A DNA stretch of 64,000 nt from an uncultured delta proteobacterium (GCA_963729715.1 CAVSPA010000003.1:96001-160000); one strand, 5' to 3'; counted from the stretch's first letter, positions 9,359 to 20,156 are shown. Numbers and translations: made by a program. The notes: a model not told the origin generated them from the letters alone.

Positions 9359-9733
9359 GCATTCACATATTTCATGTTAGCAAAGTACATGATCAACCTC
9401 TGATGCATTAACACATCCCCTGTCATCCATTCTTTTTTTCAAAATTAAACCCAATAATCACCTGCATGGCAGTCTCGCAATAATCATAGAAGGTCCCGCG
9501 TCCAACATTTAACCCTTACGTCGTTAAGGAGTTTAGAACAGGAAAATCAGAAAATGACCAATGGATGTTTGCATGGTCTTGTAATATGGTAATAAAAAAT
9601 AAATGTTTACAGCGAGTCTGCAGATCTTTCTTGAATTCGGTAGCGAGCGCATTCCTCGTAGCTTGCGGAAAGCTTCAATAAACGGCAGTATGAATTAGCA
9701 AGAGACGTGACTATCCTAAGAGGGGGATGCAAC

Positions 9734-10108
9734 ATGCAGAAGGCGGGTCAAAAAGCGGAAGTCAGAAGTTTCAATAAGCCCGATGAAATAAGAACTTTTC
9801 CGAAGGAAAAGCTGGAACTGTTAAAAATCGGTGGCGCAACAATCGGACGCGCCACATTCGAACCGGGATGGAAATGGTCCACCTCTGTGCAGCCGCTTGT
9901 AAAGACAAAGAGCTGCGAAGCGCCGCACTTTCAGTATCATCTCTCGGGAACCATCAAGATTGTGATGGACGCCGGAGCGCAATTTGAGTGCAGGGCCGGC
10001 GATGTATCGTTATTGCCCATGGGTCACGAGGCATGGGTGGTGGGCAATGAACCCGTCGTGGTTGTGGATTTTCAAGGCATGATAGACTATGCAAAGGTAT
10101 CCTCATAA
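9734..10108 (+). CDS. Cupin domain protein
   Basis: FEPGWKWS, CEAPHFQYHLSG, AGDV...P.GHEAWVVG. Confidence 0.88.
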   Translation: MQKAGQKAEVRSFNKPDEIRTFPKEKLELLKIGGATIGRATFEPGWKWSTSVQPLVKTKSCEAPHFQYHLSGTIKIVMDAGAQFECRAGDVSLLPMGHEAWVVGNEPVVVVDFQGMIDYAKVSS

Positions 10109-10395
10109 GATCAAATACGCCGGCAGAATTTTCGACCTCCTTCGGTCGTTTCTGCCTGAAAGAGATATAGGCGGATTTAGCCATCCGTTGATGGGGAGCT
10201 GCCGGAAACCCGATGTGTTCATCTGCCCTATCCCCAGGAAAGGGCTTGATGCCAAAGTTAAGTTTCAATTTATCCGGCTTGTGCCATTTTCCGAGGTTCT
10301 CTTCGGGATGGGGAATCAAAAGGCCGCGGACGGATTAAGAGGAATATAAAGGGGCGCACCCGCGGCAGTAGAGTTCCAGGTAAAGGGGTAAAACC

Positions 10396-10833
10396 TTGGC
10401 TGACAATATGCCCGATATACTACTCGTAGACGACGACAGATACGCTGTGGAGTTTATACTTGAGGCCCTCACGAAGCGTGACCTCAGCTACAGGCTCAAA
10501 GTTTTTAGAGATGGCGGGGAAGTCCTGAATTATCTATTTCCGGCCGAGGCGATTAACCCTCGCGATTCATATGAACTGCCCAAGGTGATCGTCCTGGATC
10601 TGAGACTGCCCAAGGTTAGCGGGTTTGAGGTTCTCCGGAAAATCAGATCCAATGAGGAAACGAAGATGATACCAGTCGTAGTTTTCACATCATCCACTGA
10701 AGACAGAGACAGGGTGGAGAGCTACAGGCTGGGAGCAAACAGCTACATTGTAAAACCTTTTGAGTATGAGAACTTCGTCAATACTGCCGCTGAAATAGGC
10801 CTGTATTGGACGTCGCAGAATATACCCCCCTGA
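10396..10833 (+). CDS. Single-domain response regulator (Rcp1-like)
   Basis: LLVDDD, LDLRLPKVSG, GANSYIVKP. Confidence 0.9.
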   Translation: MADNMPDILLVDDDRYAVEFILEALTKRDLSYRLKVFRDGGEVLNYLFPAEAINPRDSYELPKVIVLDLRLPKVSGFEVLRKIRSNEETKMIPVVVFTSSTEDRDRVESYRLGANSYIVKPFEYENFVNTAAEIGLYWTSQNIPP

Positions 10834-10906
10834 TGAAAACGGACAATAACGAGGCGGCGTTCCCTAAGCCGTTTATCTTCCTCGTGTCTTAAAGTCCTTC
10901 TTTGAC

Positions 10907-11536
10907 CTAAGCAAACCTTGGTCCGATTCCTATTTCAAAATCCATCTCCTCTGCGGGGTATGGCTTCAAGATGGAGAGCAGCATGGCTCTGTCTTCGATA
11001 CCATCGCTCATCCATGTCTGCTCATGTTTCTTTGGCACGATTGCGGGCATCCGGTCATGAACGGGCGCTATCAATTTATTCGCTTCCGTCGTGATGATTG
11101 TGCAGGATCTAATCTCCCTTTTGTCAGGTGAAGTCCACGTCTCATAGAGACCGGCAAGGCCGAAAGGCTCTCTTGACTTCAGGTGGAAATATAACGGGGT
11201 CTTCTTTGCGCCATCTTTTTTCCACTCATAAAAACCGTCGGCAACTATGAGGCACCGTCTTTTTGAAAAAGCGTTCCTGAAGCTCGGCTTTACGTCGATA
11301 GTTTCTGCCCTCGCATTGATGAGCTTATTCCCTATGGAAGGGTCTTTAGCCGTTGACGGGATGAGTCCCCAGAGAAACGGCACCAGATAGTTCCGGCCCT
11401 CTCGGCTGATAACGGCGCCGATATGCCGGCCCGGAGATACATTCCAGTCCGGCTTGAAATCATAATAGCCATCCTGGACAGCGAATTTTTCCGCGATGGC
11501 CGCTGCCTCGGAAACCAGAGCAAACCTGCCACACAT
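10907..11536 (-). CDS. SOS response-associated peptidase (SRAP/YedK, abasic-site crosslinking)
   Basis: N-terminal MCGRF, INARAET, RRCLIVADGFYEW, HDRMP. Confidence 0.95.
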   Translation of the reverse strand: MCGRFALVSEAAAIAEKFAVQDGYYDFKPDWNVSPGRHIGAVISREGRNYLVPFLWGLIPSTAKDPSIGNKLINARAETIDVKPSFRNAFSKRRCLIVADGFYEWKKDGAKKTPLYFHLKSREPFGLAGLYETWTSPDKREIRSCTIITTEANKLIAPVHDRMPAIVPKKHEQTWMSDGIEDRAMLLSILKPYPAEEMDFEIGIGPRFA

Positions 11537-11601
11537 ATTGAACTTCTCCAAATAGAAAAATTATAGCAGATAACAATTTCGGCGGATACGCAAATTTTTC
11601 C

Positions 11602-11630
11602 TTGACAATAGAACGATTGTTCTATATATG
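11602..11630 (+). promoter_or_regulatory. sigma70-type promoter with an embedded LexA-type operator GAAC-N4-GTTC
   Basis: TTGACA (11602-11607), ATAGAAC-gatt-GTTCTAT (11608-11625), TATATG at 17-bp spacing. Confidence 0.75.
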
Positions 11631-12224
11631 GCAGTTATGGAGAAAAAGAGAGGGGTCAAGGCAGTCGAAAAAGAAATCCAGTCCTTCTGTAGCGGAAAGA
11701 GGAGAATGCCCACATATAAAGAGATGCTCGACCTTCTCGGGGTCCGGTCGAAGAGCGTCGTCCACTATTGGATGGAGAAGCTTTGCGCCCAAGGCGCCCT
11801 CGCGAGAGATGCAAAGAGATTTCTTAAGCTTGTGAGGCCGGCTCCCTGTATCCCCGTGGCCGGAGCCGTAGCTGCCGGGTATCCGTCAGCTGCCGAGGAG
11901 GAGCTTCGGGACATTGTCTCCATCGATGAGTATCTTATAACCCGGCCGGAATCTTCCTTCCTTGTCAAAGTAAACGGGGATTCAATGACCGGCGCGGGCA
12001 TCATGGACGGCGACATGGTAATCGTGGAGAAGGGGAGGGAACCGGAAAATGGGGACATTGTCCTTGCGGAAGCTGATGGGGAGTGGACCATGAAGTATTT
12101 CGTGAGTAAGGGAAAAGAGATTGTTCTTGAGGCGGCAAACCCGAAATACCCGACCATCAGGCCAAAGAATGAACTGCGGCTGGGCGGCATCGTCATGGCC
12201 GTCATAAGAAAATATCACCTTTAG
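11628..12224 (+). CDS. lexA: LexA-family S24 repressor (start may be ATG 11637)
   Basis: N-terminal HTH (PTYKEM...GVRSKSVV), Ala-Gly cleavage site VAAG, catalytic GDSM and TMK. Confidence 0.85.
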   Translation: MAVMEKKRGVKAVEKEIQSFCSGKRRMPTYKEMLDLLGVRSKSVVHYWMEKLCAQGALARDAKRFLKLVRPAPCIPVAGAVAAGYPSAAEEELRDIVSIDEYLITRPESSFLVKVNGDSMTGAGIMDGDMVIVEKGREPENGDIVLAEADGEWTMKYFVSKGKEIVLEAANPKYPTIRPKNELRLGGIVMAVIRKYHL

Positions 12225-12239
12225 CAGGAACTAATAAGA

Positions 12240-12491
12240 ATGAACGCAAGCTCGAATTATAAAAGACAGGCAAATGCAGATATCCCGGCGTATATGCGGC
12301 GGATGGGGAAGGCAAGATATGTTTCACCGCCTGCGGGGTTCATTACGCGGGTCAGACGCTTCGTAGTGGATACCAACTGGGATCAGGATCTTTGGGGATT
12401 GGAGAAATGGATAGACCTCTTTTCTTGGACTGTTATCGCATCTTCCCTCCTCTTTCTTATCACTGTAACCATGTCTGTATTTGGGAAGTGA
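12240..12491 (+). CDS. Small hypothetical membrane protein
   Basis: 83-aa ORF with C-terminal TM helix, directly downstream of lexA. Confidence 0.5.
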   Translation: MNASSNYKRQANADIPAYMRRMGKARYVSPPAGFITRVRRFVVDTNWDQDLWGLEKWIDLFSWTVIASSLLFLITVTMSVFGK

Positions 12492-12554
12492 GAGAGGAGA
12501 AGTTTTTTGGATGTTCCTCAGATGCGGCGATCATAACGAATGGAGATTGGCGCA

Positions 12555-13165
12555 TCACAGCTTATGGTGGCTGATAATGTGTACTCCTCTTTCGGTCATG
12601 TGCTGCAGAGCGTTCTTGATATTGTCCGCAGGGAAATCGATGCCTCTTGTCGCATCGATGATGACATACACGTTGAAACCGAGATTCCTGGCATCGATAG
12701 CGCTGAAATAGACGCAGTAATCGGTGGCAAGGCCCGATAGATATTCTCTATCTCTAATCCCTTGAGATAATAATGGAGCCCTGTCATTGTCTTCTTGTCA
12801 TTTTCAAGGAAGGTGGAATAGGAATCTATCTCCGGGTTGCTGCCCTTCCGGATTATCAGGTCAACTGGCCGCGTGTCGAGGTCCTTATGGAATTCCGCTC
12901 CCCATGTGCCGGGAACGCAGTGTACCGGCCAGAGCACCTGCTCTACCCCCTTCAGACGGATGATATCATATTCCTTCAACCTGTGCTGCACGGCAAAGGA
13001 CATATGATTTTTCGGATGCCAGTCCTGAGTGGCGACTACCTTGTCGAAGCGCGAGGAGATCCTGTTGATGGCGGGGATTATCGCATCGCCGTCCGGAACG
13101 GCGAGGGCCCCGTCGGGACAAAAATCGTTCTGCACATCAACAATAAGCAACGCCTTTTTCTCCAT
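12555..13165 (-). pseudogene. pncA: Nicotinamidase/pyrazinamidase, frameshifted near 12737
   Basis: IVDVQNDFC, TQDWHP, WPVHC; catalytic GLATDYCV...HHKL* continues in a different frame. Confidence 0.85.
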
Positions 13166-13179
13166 TCCTGACAGCCTCC

Positions 13180-14184
13180 TCACCATTTGCCTTCTACCGG
13201 CGTCGCGCAGAACTCACATTTCCCTTCCTTCACGTGGGATTCATTGACGGTAAAATAGGTCCGCTTTGCAAGGAGGGCATGGCAGTTACAACAATACGTA
13301 TCCGATTCTTCATTGACGTTCCCCATGTAGACGTAACGGAGCCCGTGTTTTTCTCCTATGGCCTTCGCCTTTCTGAGAACACTTAAGGAAGTGGGCTCAT
13401 GGGCGTCGAACTTGTAATCCGGATGAAACCTGCTGATGTGCCATGGGATCTCTTTTCCGGTCTCGGCAATGAAGGCGGCAATCGCGTTGAGCTCCTCCTC
13501 TGAGTCGTTCTCACCGGGGATGAGGAGCGTCGTAACCTCAACCCAGATGCCAAGTTTTTTCATGAGTCTTATGGAGTCGAGGACAGGCTGAAGGCCTCCG
13601 GAGCAGACCTTTTTGTAAAAATCATCCCGGAAGCTTTTTAAATCGCAATTGGCGGCGTCGAGGACGGGATGAATTGTTTCGAGAGCTTCTTTGGTCATGA
13701 AGCCGTTGGTGACAAAGACGTTAAAGAGGCCGTTCTTTTTCGCAAGCCGGGAGATATCATAGGCATATTCAAAAAAAATTGTCGGCTCCGTGTACGTATA
13801 GGATATGGATCTGCAGCCGTTTTCGAGCGCGCCTCTGACGATATCCTCAGGCTTCGTTTCCTGGCCCGCGAAATCGCCTTTTTTTATGGAAAGCTGCGAT
13901 ATCTGCCAGTTCTGGCAGAAGCCGCACCTGAAATTGCAGCCTATGGTCGCAATGGAAAAGGATCGCGATCCCGGGAGGAAATGGTAAAGCGGTTTTTTCT
14001 CGATGGGATCTATATGGGAGGCGATGATGTTTCCGTAGGCATAAGTGTAGAGCTTCCCCTCCTCATGCCGGCGCACACCGCAAAAACCGAATTTGCTTTC
14101 GGAAATCTTACAGTGATGGTTGCAGAGAAAACAATGAAGAACTCCCTCCTTATATTCTTCATAAAACATTGCTTCTTTTTTCAT
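13180..14184 (-). CDS. amrS: AmmeMemoRadiSam system radical SAM enzyme
   Basis: CFLCNHHC, DPIEKKPLYHF, GCNFRCGFCQNW, YTYTEP, C-terminal CxxC pairs. Confidence 0.92.
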   Translation of the reverse strand: MKKEAMFYEEYKEGVLHCFLCNHHCKISESKFGFCGVRRHEEGKLYTYAYGNIIASHIDPIEKKPLYHFLPGSRSFSIATIGCNFRCGFCQNWQISQLSIKKGDFAGQETKPEDIVRGALENGCRSISYTYTEPTIFFEYAYDISRLAKKNGLFNVFVTNGFMTKEALETIHPVLDAANCDLKSFRDDFYKKVCSGGLQPVLDSIRLMKKLGIWVEVTTLLIPGENDSEEELNAIAAFIAETGKEIPWHISRFHPDYKFDAHEPTSLSVLRKAKAIGEKHGLRYVYMGNVNEESDTYCCNCHALLAKRTYFTVNESHVKEGKCEFCATPVEGKW

Positions 14185-14391
14185 GTTCCGCTTCCTCACT
14201 TTTTCCGGTTTGAGGAAAATCTCTACGGGAGATATATTTGATCTATTCGTGGCGCTCGGACAGGCATGAGCGCTTACTAACCCGGTGGACTAACTATAGA
14301 AAATAATGTTCTTCTCTGTCAAGAACAAAGGGAACAAAGGGTCGCGGAGGCAGGTTTCGCCCCTTCGCATGCATCGCGGGGAACAATCTCT

Positions 14392-14437
14392 TGTATGAGT
14401 TTTTACCTACCATTAAACTGCTATTTAACCATCATTG
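14392..14437 (+). promoter_or_regulatory. Regulon motif copy upstream of the usp gene
   Basis: CTACCATT-aaa-CTGCTATT-taaccatc-ATTG (14407-14437); left inverted half weak. Confidence 0.6.
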
Positions 14438-14600
14438 CCTTCTGCCATCAACTACACTAACTCTTACAACATGATATTGAGCTCTTTTAGTGCAAAAGAA
14501 TATCTTTAGAAAGAGTTATCTTCTTGCAGTCCATGGCGCTCTTATTGGACATCTGGCAAAGGCCTTCAACTCCGGCAATAAAGAGAAAGGAGGCATCCTT

Positions 14601-15022
14601 ATGTTTGAACCTAAGAGAATATTGGTGGCGACGGATTTTTCCAGATATTCGGACAAGGCATTAAGAATAGCAGTCGATATGGCAATGGAGTATAAGACAC
14701 ATATTTACCTTCTCCATGTCATCAGTGAGGCGGTGTATGACTGCGGCAACGATTATTGTCTCAGCGATGCGGATCTTGCGAAGATTGAGAAATACGGTTT
14801 GAAGACCTCAACGAATAAGCTGCATGCGGGGTAAATATAACCTTTGACATAAAGAGGGGACGTCCCTTCGAGATGATATTGAATGAGCAAAGGAAAAAGA
14901 ATATTGATCCCATCGTTGTTGCCTTCCACGGCAGGACGGGGGTCATGAAGTATCTCATAGGAAGCGTAGCAGAAAAGGTCCTGAGGGGCGCTAAGTGTCC
15001 CGTGCTGCTCGTCAAGTCCTGA
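14601..15022 (+). pseudogene. Universal stress protein, frameshifted/internally deleted near 14828
   Basis: ILVATDFS...LLHV, then in another frame GVNITF...HGRTG...GSVAEKVLRGAKCPVLLVKS*. Confidence 0.85.
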
Positions 15023-15134
15023 CGGACGGCTGAAAATAAAAGGGTTGATCAGTGAGGTTCCGGAGGGGGATGGTCCTGCCTCTTGGCCTTATACAAATTT
15101 TTGTACTAAATAAAGAACATTGAGGGAGGTAGTC

Positions 15135-15593
15135 ATGAGCAAGAAAGTCATCGATTTATTGAACGCCGCGAGATCAAGAGAGCTTACCGCGATTACTCAG
15201 TACATGGCCCAGCACTATGAATTGGAAGACAAAGATTTCGGCAAGCTCGCCAAGAAGATGAAAGAGATTGCCATACAAGAGATGAAGCATGCCGAAGCGC
15301 TGGCGGAAAGGATTCTGTTCCTGAAGGGTGTACCCACTACGAAGCCGGATTCGGAAATCCAGAAAGGCCAGGATATTGAGGCAATGCTGGCCACGAATGT
15401 CAAGCTCGAAAGCTACGCGGTCAAGATGTACAACGAAGCCGCCCTCGTTTGCGCGACTGAAAAAGATCAGATCTCCAAACAGCTCTTCGAAAAGCTTCTC
15501 GGTGAGGAAGAGGACCACCTCAACTTCTTCGAGAATACCGAAGACCACGTGGAAAAGCTCGGCGCGGCTTTCATGGTGACTTTGGCTGATTAA
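15135..15593 (+). CDS. bfr: Bacterioferritin / ferritin-like di-iron protein
   Basis: ELTAITQY, EMKHAE.LAERILFL.G.P, EEEDH. Confidence 0.85.
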   Translation: MSKKVIDLLNAARSRELTAITQYMAQHYELEDKDFGKLAKKMKEIAIQEMKHAEALAERILFLKGVPTTKPDSEIQKGQDIEAMLATNVKLESYAVKMYNEAALVCATEKDQISKQLFEKLLGEEEDHLNFFENTEDHVEKLGAAFMVTLAD

Positions 15594-15792
15594 TCTCGAA
15601 GGCAAACTGCATTCTTAGAAGAACAGTATTCACGGATATTATCCCTGCATGAATCCAGTGGTATGTCCGTTCGTCTACCGGTATCAGATAGGACTAAAGT
15701 GCTGCACCGTGAGAGTGATTGCGTGGTCATCGCGAGGCATGCAGTGACGAATCAATCTCATCCAATCTGTGTTCCTGTCACAGGGGGAATTC

Positions 15793-17418
15793 ATGGAATT
15801 TAACGTCGTCATCGGCGGGGAGGCGGGGCAGGGCCTTTTCTCAGTCGAACTCGGCCTGACGGATATCCTTTCACGGCTCAACTATTATTTTTTCGCGACC
15901 AAGAACTACATGTCCCGGATCCGGGGTGGCCACAACTTCCACATGATCCGCATCTCCGAGGAGCCTGTCCATGCCTTAAGCGGCCGGAGATGGGACATGG
16001 TCATCGCCCTCGACGGAGAAACGGACATCCGGCACAGGCCGGACCTCAGCGGCGACGGCATCTATCTTTCCCGGGAATTGACAAAAGAGATCGAAAAGGA
16101 AGCTAGGGAAAAGTTCCAAGACGTCAAGTTCGCAAACACGATGCTCGTCGGCTGCGTGCTTGCCGTAATCGGTGTGAGCCCCGACAGAATGACGGAGGGC
16201 GCCGAAGACGAAACCGCAAAATACTTGAGGGCGGGTTTCGACTACGCCATCATCTCTAACCTTGCCGGAAAATATCTTCTCCGACCTGTGGCAGGCGCCC
16301 ACTGCAAATTCGACGGGAATCAGGCCATAGCCTTAGGGGCGCTCTTGGGCGGCTGCCAGTTCATGGCGGGGTACCCCATGACGCCGGCCACATCCATCAT
16401 GCATTATTTTTCTACGGCAGCTCTTACGATGCCTGTCCATTTTGAACAGGCCGAGGACGAGATCTCCGCCATCAACATGGCCTTGGGCGCGTCCTATGCG
16501 GGCGTGCGATCAATGGTGGCCACTTCCGGCGGCGGCTTCGCCTTGATGCAGGAGGGGGTTTCGCTTGCAGGCATGACGGAAACGCCTGTTGTTATTGTTC
16601 TCGGCCAGCGGCCGGGCCCGGCTACAGGGCTTCCCACGCGGACCGAACAAGGGGAACTCAACCTTGTCCTTCATGCGGGCCATGGCGAATTTCCCCGGAT
16701 TATTTTTGCACCGGGCTCAATCGACGAAGCTATCGCCCTTGCCCGCAAGAGCTTCGCACTGGCCGACCGCTACCAGATACCCGTTTTTATCCTGACGGAT
16801 CAGTACTTCGCCGACTCCATCCAGATCATGCATGATGAAATACCCAAGGAATGCCTGAGCCGTGAGTACCCGGTCTTCGACGTTAGCTACAAACGATACA
16901 TGCTTACGGAAGATGGCATCTCCCCCTTAACATATCCCGGCCTTTCCGATGCGAGGGTCAGGCTCGATTCCGATGAGCACGATGAAGAAGGAAAAATCAC
17001 GGAAGATCTGGGCCTGAGGGTCCGTATGGTGGACAAGCGCCTGAAGACATTCGCACTGCTTGCGGGAGATTTCATGCCACCCACATTTTACGGTGACAGA
17101 AATGCGGCTTCCGTAATCCTCTCTTGGGGCTCGAACAAACTCATTGTGAAGGAGGCGCTGGAGAAGATCATAGAGGACGGGCAGAGCGCCGCTGCGCTTC
17201 ATTTCGGTCAGGTCCATCCCCTCACGGCGGCTATGGTTGCTCCATACGGCCTGGATGCGAAGAGGCTTATCTGTGTGGAAAATAACGCGAGGGGTCAGTT
17301 CGCAGGACTTCTGAAACGTGAACTGGGTCTTAATGTTGCCCACCCCGTGCTGAAATACAATGGCGAGTGCTTCACAGTCTCAGAGCTCTATTATATATTA
17401 AAAAAATTGTTGACGTGA
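15793..17418 (+). CDS. 2-oxoacid:ferredoxin oxidoreductase alpha subunit
   Basis: GGEAGQG, YMSRIRGGHN, AGYPMTPA, QAEDEI, RPGPATGLPT. Confidence 0.93.
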   Translation: MEFNVVIGGEAGQGLFSVELGLTDILSRLNYYFFATKNYMSRIRGGHNFHMIRISEEPVHALSGRRWDMVIALDGETDIRHRPDLSGDGIYLSRELTKEIEKEAREKFQDVKFANTMLVGCVLAVIGVSPDRMTEGAEDETAKYLRAGFDYAIISNLAGKYLLRPVAGAHCKFDGNQAIALGALLGGCQFMAGYPMTPATSIMHYFSTAALTMPVHFEQAEDEISAINMALGASYAGVRSMVATSGGGFALMQEGVSLAGMTETPVVIVLGQRPGPATGLPTRTEQGELNLVLHAGHGEFPRIIFAPGSIDEAIALARKSFALADRYQIPVFILTDQYFADSIQIMHDEIPKECLSREYPVFDVSYKRYMLTEDGISPLTYPGLSDARVRLDSDEHDEEGKITEDLGLRVRMVDKRLKTFALLAGDFMPPTFYGDRNAASVILSWGSNKLIVKEALEKIIEDGQSAAALHFGQVHPLTAAMVAPYGLDAKRLICVENNARGQFAGLLKRELGLNVAHPVLKYNGECFTVSELYYILKKLLT

Positions 17419-17427
17419 GGACTTAAG

Positions 17428-18252
17428 ATGCTGAAGAGAACAGACATGGCGTGGTGCCCGGGCTGCGGCGATTTCCCCATCCGGGACGTTCTGGAAAAAG
17501 CCCTCGACGAGCTTTCCATACCCGCGAAGGACATCGTCTTCACATCGGGGATCGGGCAGGCGGCCAAGATGCCGCATTACCTGGACGTCAATTACTTTAA
17601 CGGCCTCCATGGCAGGGCCCTGCCCCTTGCCGTGGGGATCAAACTCGCCAGACCTGACCTTACCGTCATCGCCTACTCGGGCGACGGCTGCAATTACGGC
17701 GAGGGAGGAAATCACTTCATCCATACGATCAGAAGGCGGCTGGATATTACGATACTGACATCGAATAACCAGGTATACGGGCTCACCAAAGGGCAGAGTT
17801 CTCCTACGACGGACCTATCCGTGATAAATGACCTCTCCCCCGCTGGGAACGAGAACATTCCCTTAAACCCCATAGCCCTGGCTATCACCATGGGAGCGCC
17901 TTTCGTAGCACGCTGCTACGCCTCCGACAGAGACCACATGAAAGAAGTTATTAAAGAAGCCATTCTCTTCAAAGGAACGGCGCTCGTCGACATTCTCCAA
18001 CCCTGCGTCACTTTCAACAAGATCAATACCTACCAGTGGTTGAGGGAAAGGGCGTTCAAGATCAAGAAGCCCATAGAGGACCGTTATGAGGCCATAAAGA
18101 CGGCGGAGCTATGGGGAGACAGGATTCCGATCGGCGTCATTTACAGAAACGACGCTGCCCTGTGCCGGGAAATAAAAAAAATCTTCCGCGAGAGGATAAG
18201 GGAAGAAGATATTGAAAAGCAGCTTGACATGCGTTGCGTCATGATGAGATGA
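17428..18252 (+). CDS. 2-oxoacid:ferredoxin oxidoreductase beta subunit
   Basis: WCPGCG, SGIG, LHGRALP, GDG, YGLTKGQ, LQPCVTFN. Confidence 0.93.
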   Translation: MLKRTDMAWCPGCGDFPIRDVLEKALDELSIPAKDIVFTSGIGQAAKMPHYLDVNYFNGLHGRALPLAVGIKLARPDLTVIAYSGDGCNYGEGGNHFIHTIRRRLDITILTSNNQVYGLTKGQSSPTTDLSVINDLSPAGNENIPLNPIALAITMGAPFVARCYASDRDHMKEVIKEAILFKGTALVDILQPCVTFNKINTYQWLRERAFKIKKPIEDRYEAIKTAELWGDRIPIGVIYRNDAALCREIKKIFRERIREEDIEKQLDMRCVMMR

Positions 18253-18275
18253 CGGCGCATCGTGAGGCACGCGTT

Positions 18276-18321
18276 GATGGTAGTTTATGCCTGTCAATAG
18301 ACCTTCAATTAATCACTATTG
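18276..18321 (+). promoter_or_regulatory. Regulon motif copy upstream of the small ORF at 18485
   Basis: GATGGTAG-N7-CTGTCAAT-aga-CCTTCAAT-taatcact-ATTG. Confidence 0.6.
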
Positions 18322-18484
18322 TCTTTATCATGCAGATAACATTAGCGTGTAACATGCGGGATACGCAGTGAAGAATATTAAAAGCCTGAGGCGAATGACG
18401 GTGGTTGTCAAGCTATATGCACGTTGCGCGCGCATGGGGCTTCAACTTCAGAAAGACAAATTCCTTTCCAAAGGAGAATGCATA

Positions 18485-18664
18485 ATGAATAACATGGGAA
18501 CAGACCAGGCATGGCAGCAGATACAGGCAAAAGTCGAGGAACTGCTTCGTCAATCCCTTGCGGTAAATCCATTCTACAGGAGCGAATACAAACCTTCTGA
18601 TGTAGTCCATCTCTTAGAGATGCCCCGGGAGTATGGAAAAGATTATCAAGAGATAAAGCCCTGA
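18485..18664 (+). CDS. Small hypothetical protein
   Basis: AAGGAG RBS, 59-aa ORF downstream of a regulon motif. Confidence 0.55.
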   Translation: MNNMGTDQAWQQIQAKVEELLRQSLAVNPFYRSEYKPSDVVHLLEMPREYGKDYQEIKP

Positions 18665-18735
18665 CGAAAAATCCGAAGGGGGAAAGCGCTGCATTTAAAT
18701 TAACAGTTGATTGCATTTGAAAAAAAAGTTAGGAC

Positions 18736-18758
18736 ATCCCCGCAGGGATGGGGTTTTG
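18736..18758 (+). terminator. Possible intrinsic terminator
   Basis: CATCCC-cgca-GGGATG followed by gggtttt. Confidence 0.4.
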
Positions 18759-18810
18759 TGCATAATCGTCTTCTTGTTTTGCGCAGTGCGTGAAGGAGTA
18801 AGTCGTTTCT

Positions 18811-19269
18811 GTGGATAATGTAGATATCCTGATCATCGAAGATAATCGTCACGATGCCGAGCTGATACTGGAAGCCCTGGAAGGACTGGACATTGGCAAC
18901 AGGGTTCGTGCCATACACGATGGCGTGGAGGCCTTGGATTATTTTTTTGGTCCTGACGGGTCCCTCAAGAAGGCAGACGCCCATCTGCCCAAGCTGCTCC
19001 TCCTCGATTTGAAACTGCCTAAGGTGAGCGGCCTGGAGATTCTGAAACGCATAAAGTCCGACGAACGGACCATGCACGTTCCCACCGTCATATTTACTTC
19101 CTCAAGCGAGTCGCAGGACAGGAGCGAAAGCTACAAACTCGGCGCCGACAGCTACGTCGTGAAGCCCATGGATGCTGATACGTTCTCTCGTTATGTTCAT
19201 GACATCGGAAAATACTGGCTTTCGATGAACACGACAATCTATAACGGCGGTCCGGCCCGGGCTCAATAA
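18811..19269 (+). CDS. Single-domain response regulator (Rcp1-like)
   Basis: LIIEDN, LDLKLPKVSG, GADSYVVKP. Confidence 0.9.
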   Translation: MDNVDILIIEDNRHDAELILEALEGLDIGNRVRAIHDGVEALDYFFGPDGSLKKADAHLPKLLLLDLKLPKVSGLEILKRIKSDERTMHVPTVIFTSSSESQDRSESYKLGADSYVVKPMDADTFSRYVHDIGKYWLSMNTTIYNGGPARAQ

Positions 19270-19360
19270 AGAGCATTCGCCTATGCGTTTTAGCCGAGGC
19301 GATATCCCCCTTAGTCATGCTCGCTCAGAAATGAATGCCAACCCGTCGGTGTGAGGCCAC

Positions 19361-19406
19361 AATAGTAGGTAAATACTACCAATCAACTACCAATAAATCC
19401 CTATTG
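19361..19406 (+). promoter_or_regulatory. Regulon motif copy upstream of wrbA
   Basis: AATAGTAG-N7-CTACCAAT-caa-CTACCAAT-aaatccct-ATTG. Confidence 0.7.
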
Positions 19407-19526
19407 TCTTTACCCCTCCGATGACAATAATCATAATCTGGTTTACGTAAATAATTTAAGTCCTTGCACCGCTAAGATCAGACTCAAGTTGAACACCATG
19501 AAATGGGATAAATCGCCTCAAGAGGA

Positions 19527-20156
19527 ATGGAGCACATCATGAAGGTCCTCATCGTTTACTATTCCATGTACGGCCATATTCACCGCATGGCGGAGGCCGT
19601 GGCGGAAGGTGCGAGGATGGTTAAAGGGGCTGATGTTTACGTGCATCGTGTTCCGGAAACCCTTACGGAAGAAGTCCTGGGAAAGATGGGCGCTCTCGAG
19701 GCGCAAAAGGGTCTTGCCCACGTCCCTGTCTGTACGGTGGATGAAATCGCCACTGCGGATGCTATCATCTTCGGCACGCCCACGCGCTTCGGGAATATGT
19801 GCGGGCAGATGCGGCAGTTCCTCGATGCGACAGGCGGCCTCTGGGCCAAAGGAGCCCTTATCGGCAAGGTGGGGAGCGTTTTTACAAGCAGCGCCACTCA
19901 ACACGGCGGTCAGGAATCCACCATACTTACTTTCCTTACGAATCTTCTTCACCAGGGCATGGTAGTTGTCGGCCTCCCGTACTCCTTTGACGGACAGATG
20001 CGGATCGATGAAATCACCGGCGGTTCACCCTACGGGGCTTCCACGATCGCGGGAACGCAGGGCGAGCGCATGCCGAGCGAAAATGAATTAAATGCGGCCC
20101 GGTTCCAGGGCCGGCATGTGGCTGAGATAGCGGCCAGACTGACATACAAGAGCTGA
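19527..20156 (+). CDS. wrbA: NAD(P)H:quinone oxidoreductase WrbA
   Basis: [33 protein letters not shown]. Confidence 0.96.
   Translation: MEHIMKVLIVYYSMYGHIHRMAEAVAEGARMVKGADVYVHRVPETLTEEVLGKMGALEAQKGLAHVPVCTVDEIATADAIIFGTPTRFGNMCGQMRQFLDATGGLWAKGALIGKVGSVFTSSATQHGGQESTILTFLTNLLHQGMVVVGLPYSFDGQMRIDEITGGSPYGASTIAGTQGERMPSENELNAARFQGRHVAEIAARLTYKS

Noticed and set aside
14295..14323. Possible second LexA box in the amrS promoter
   Set aside because: Only one half-site (GTTC) matches; insufficient
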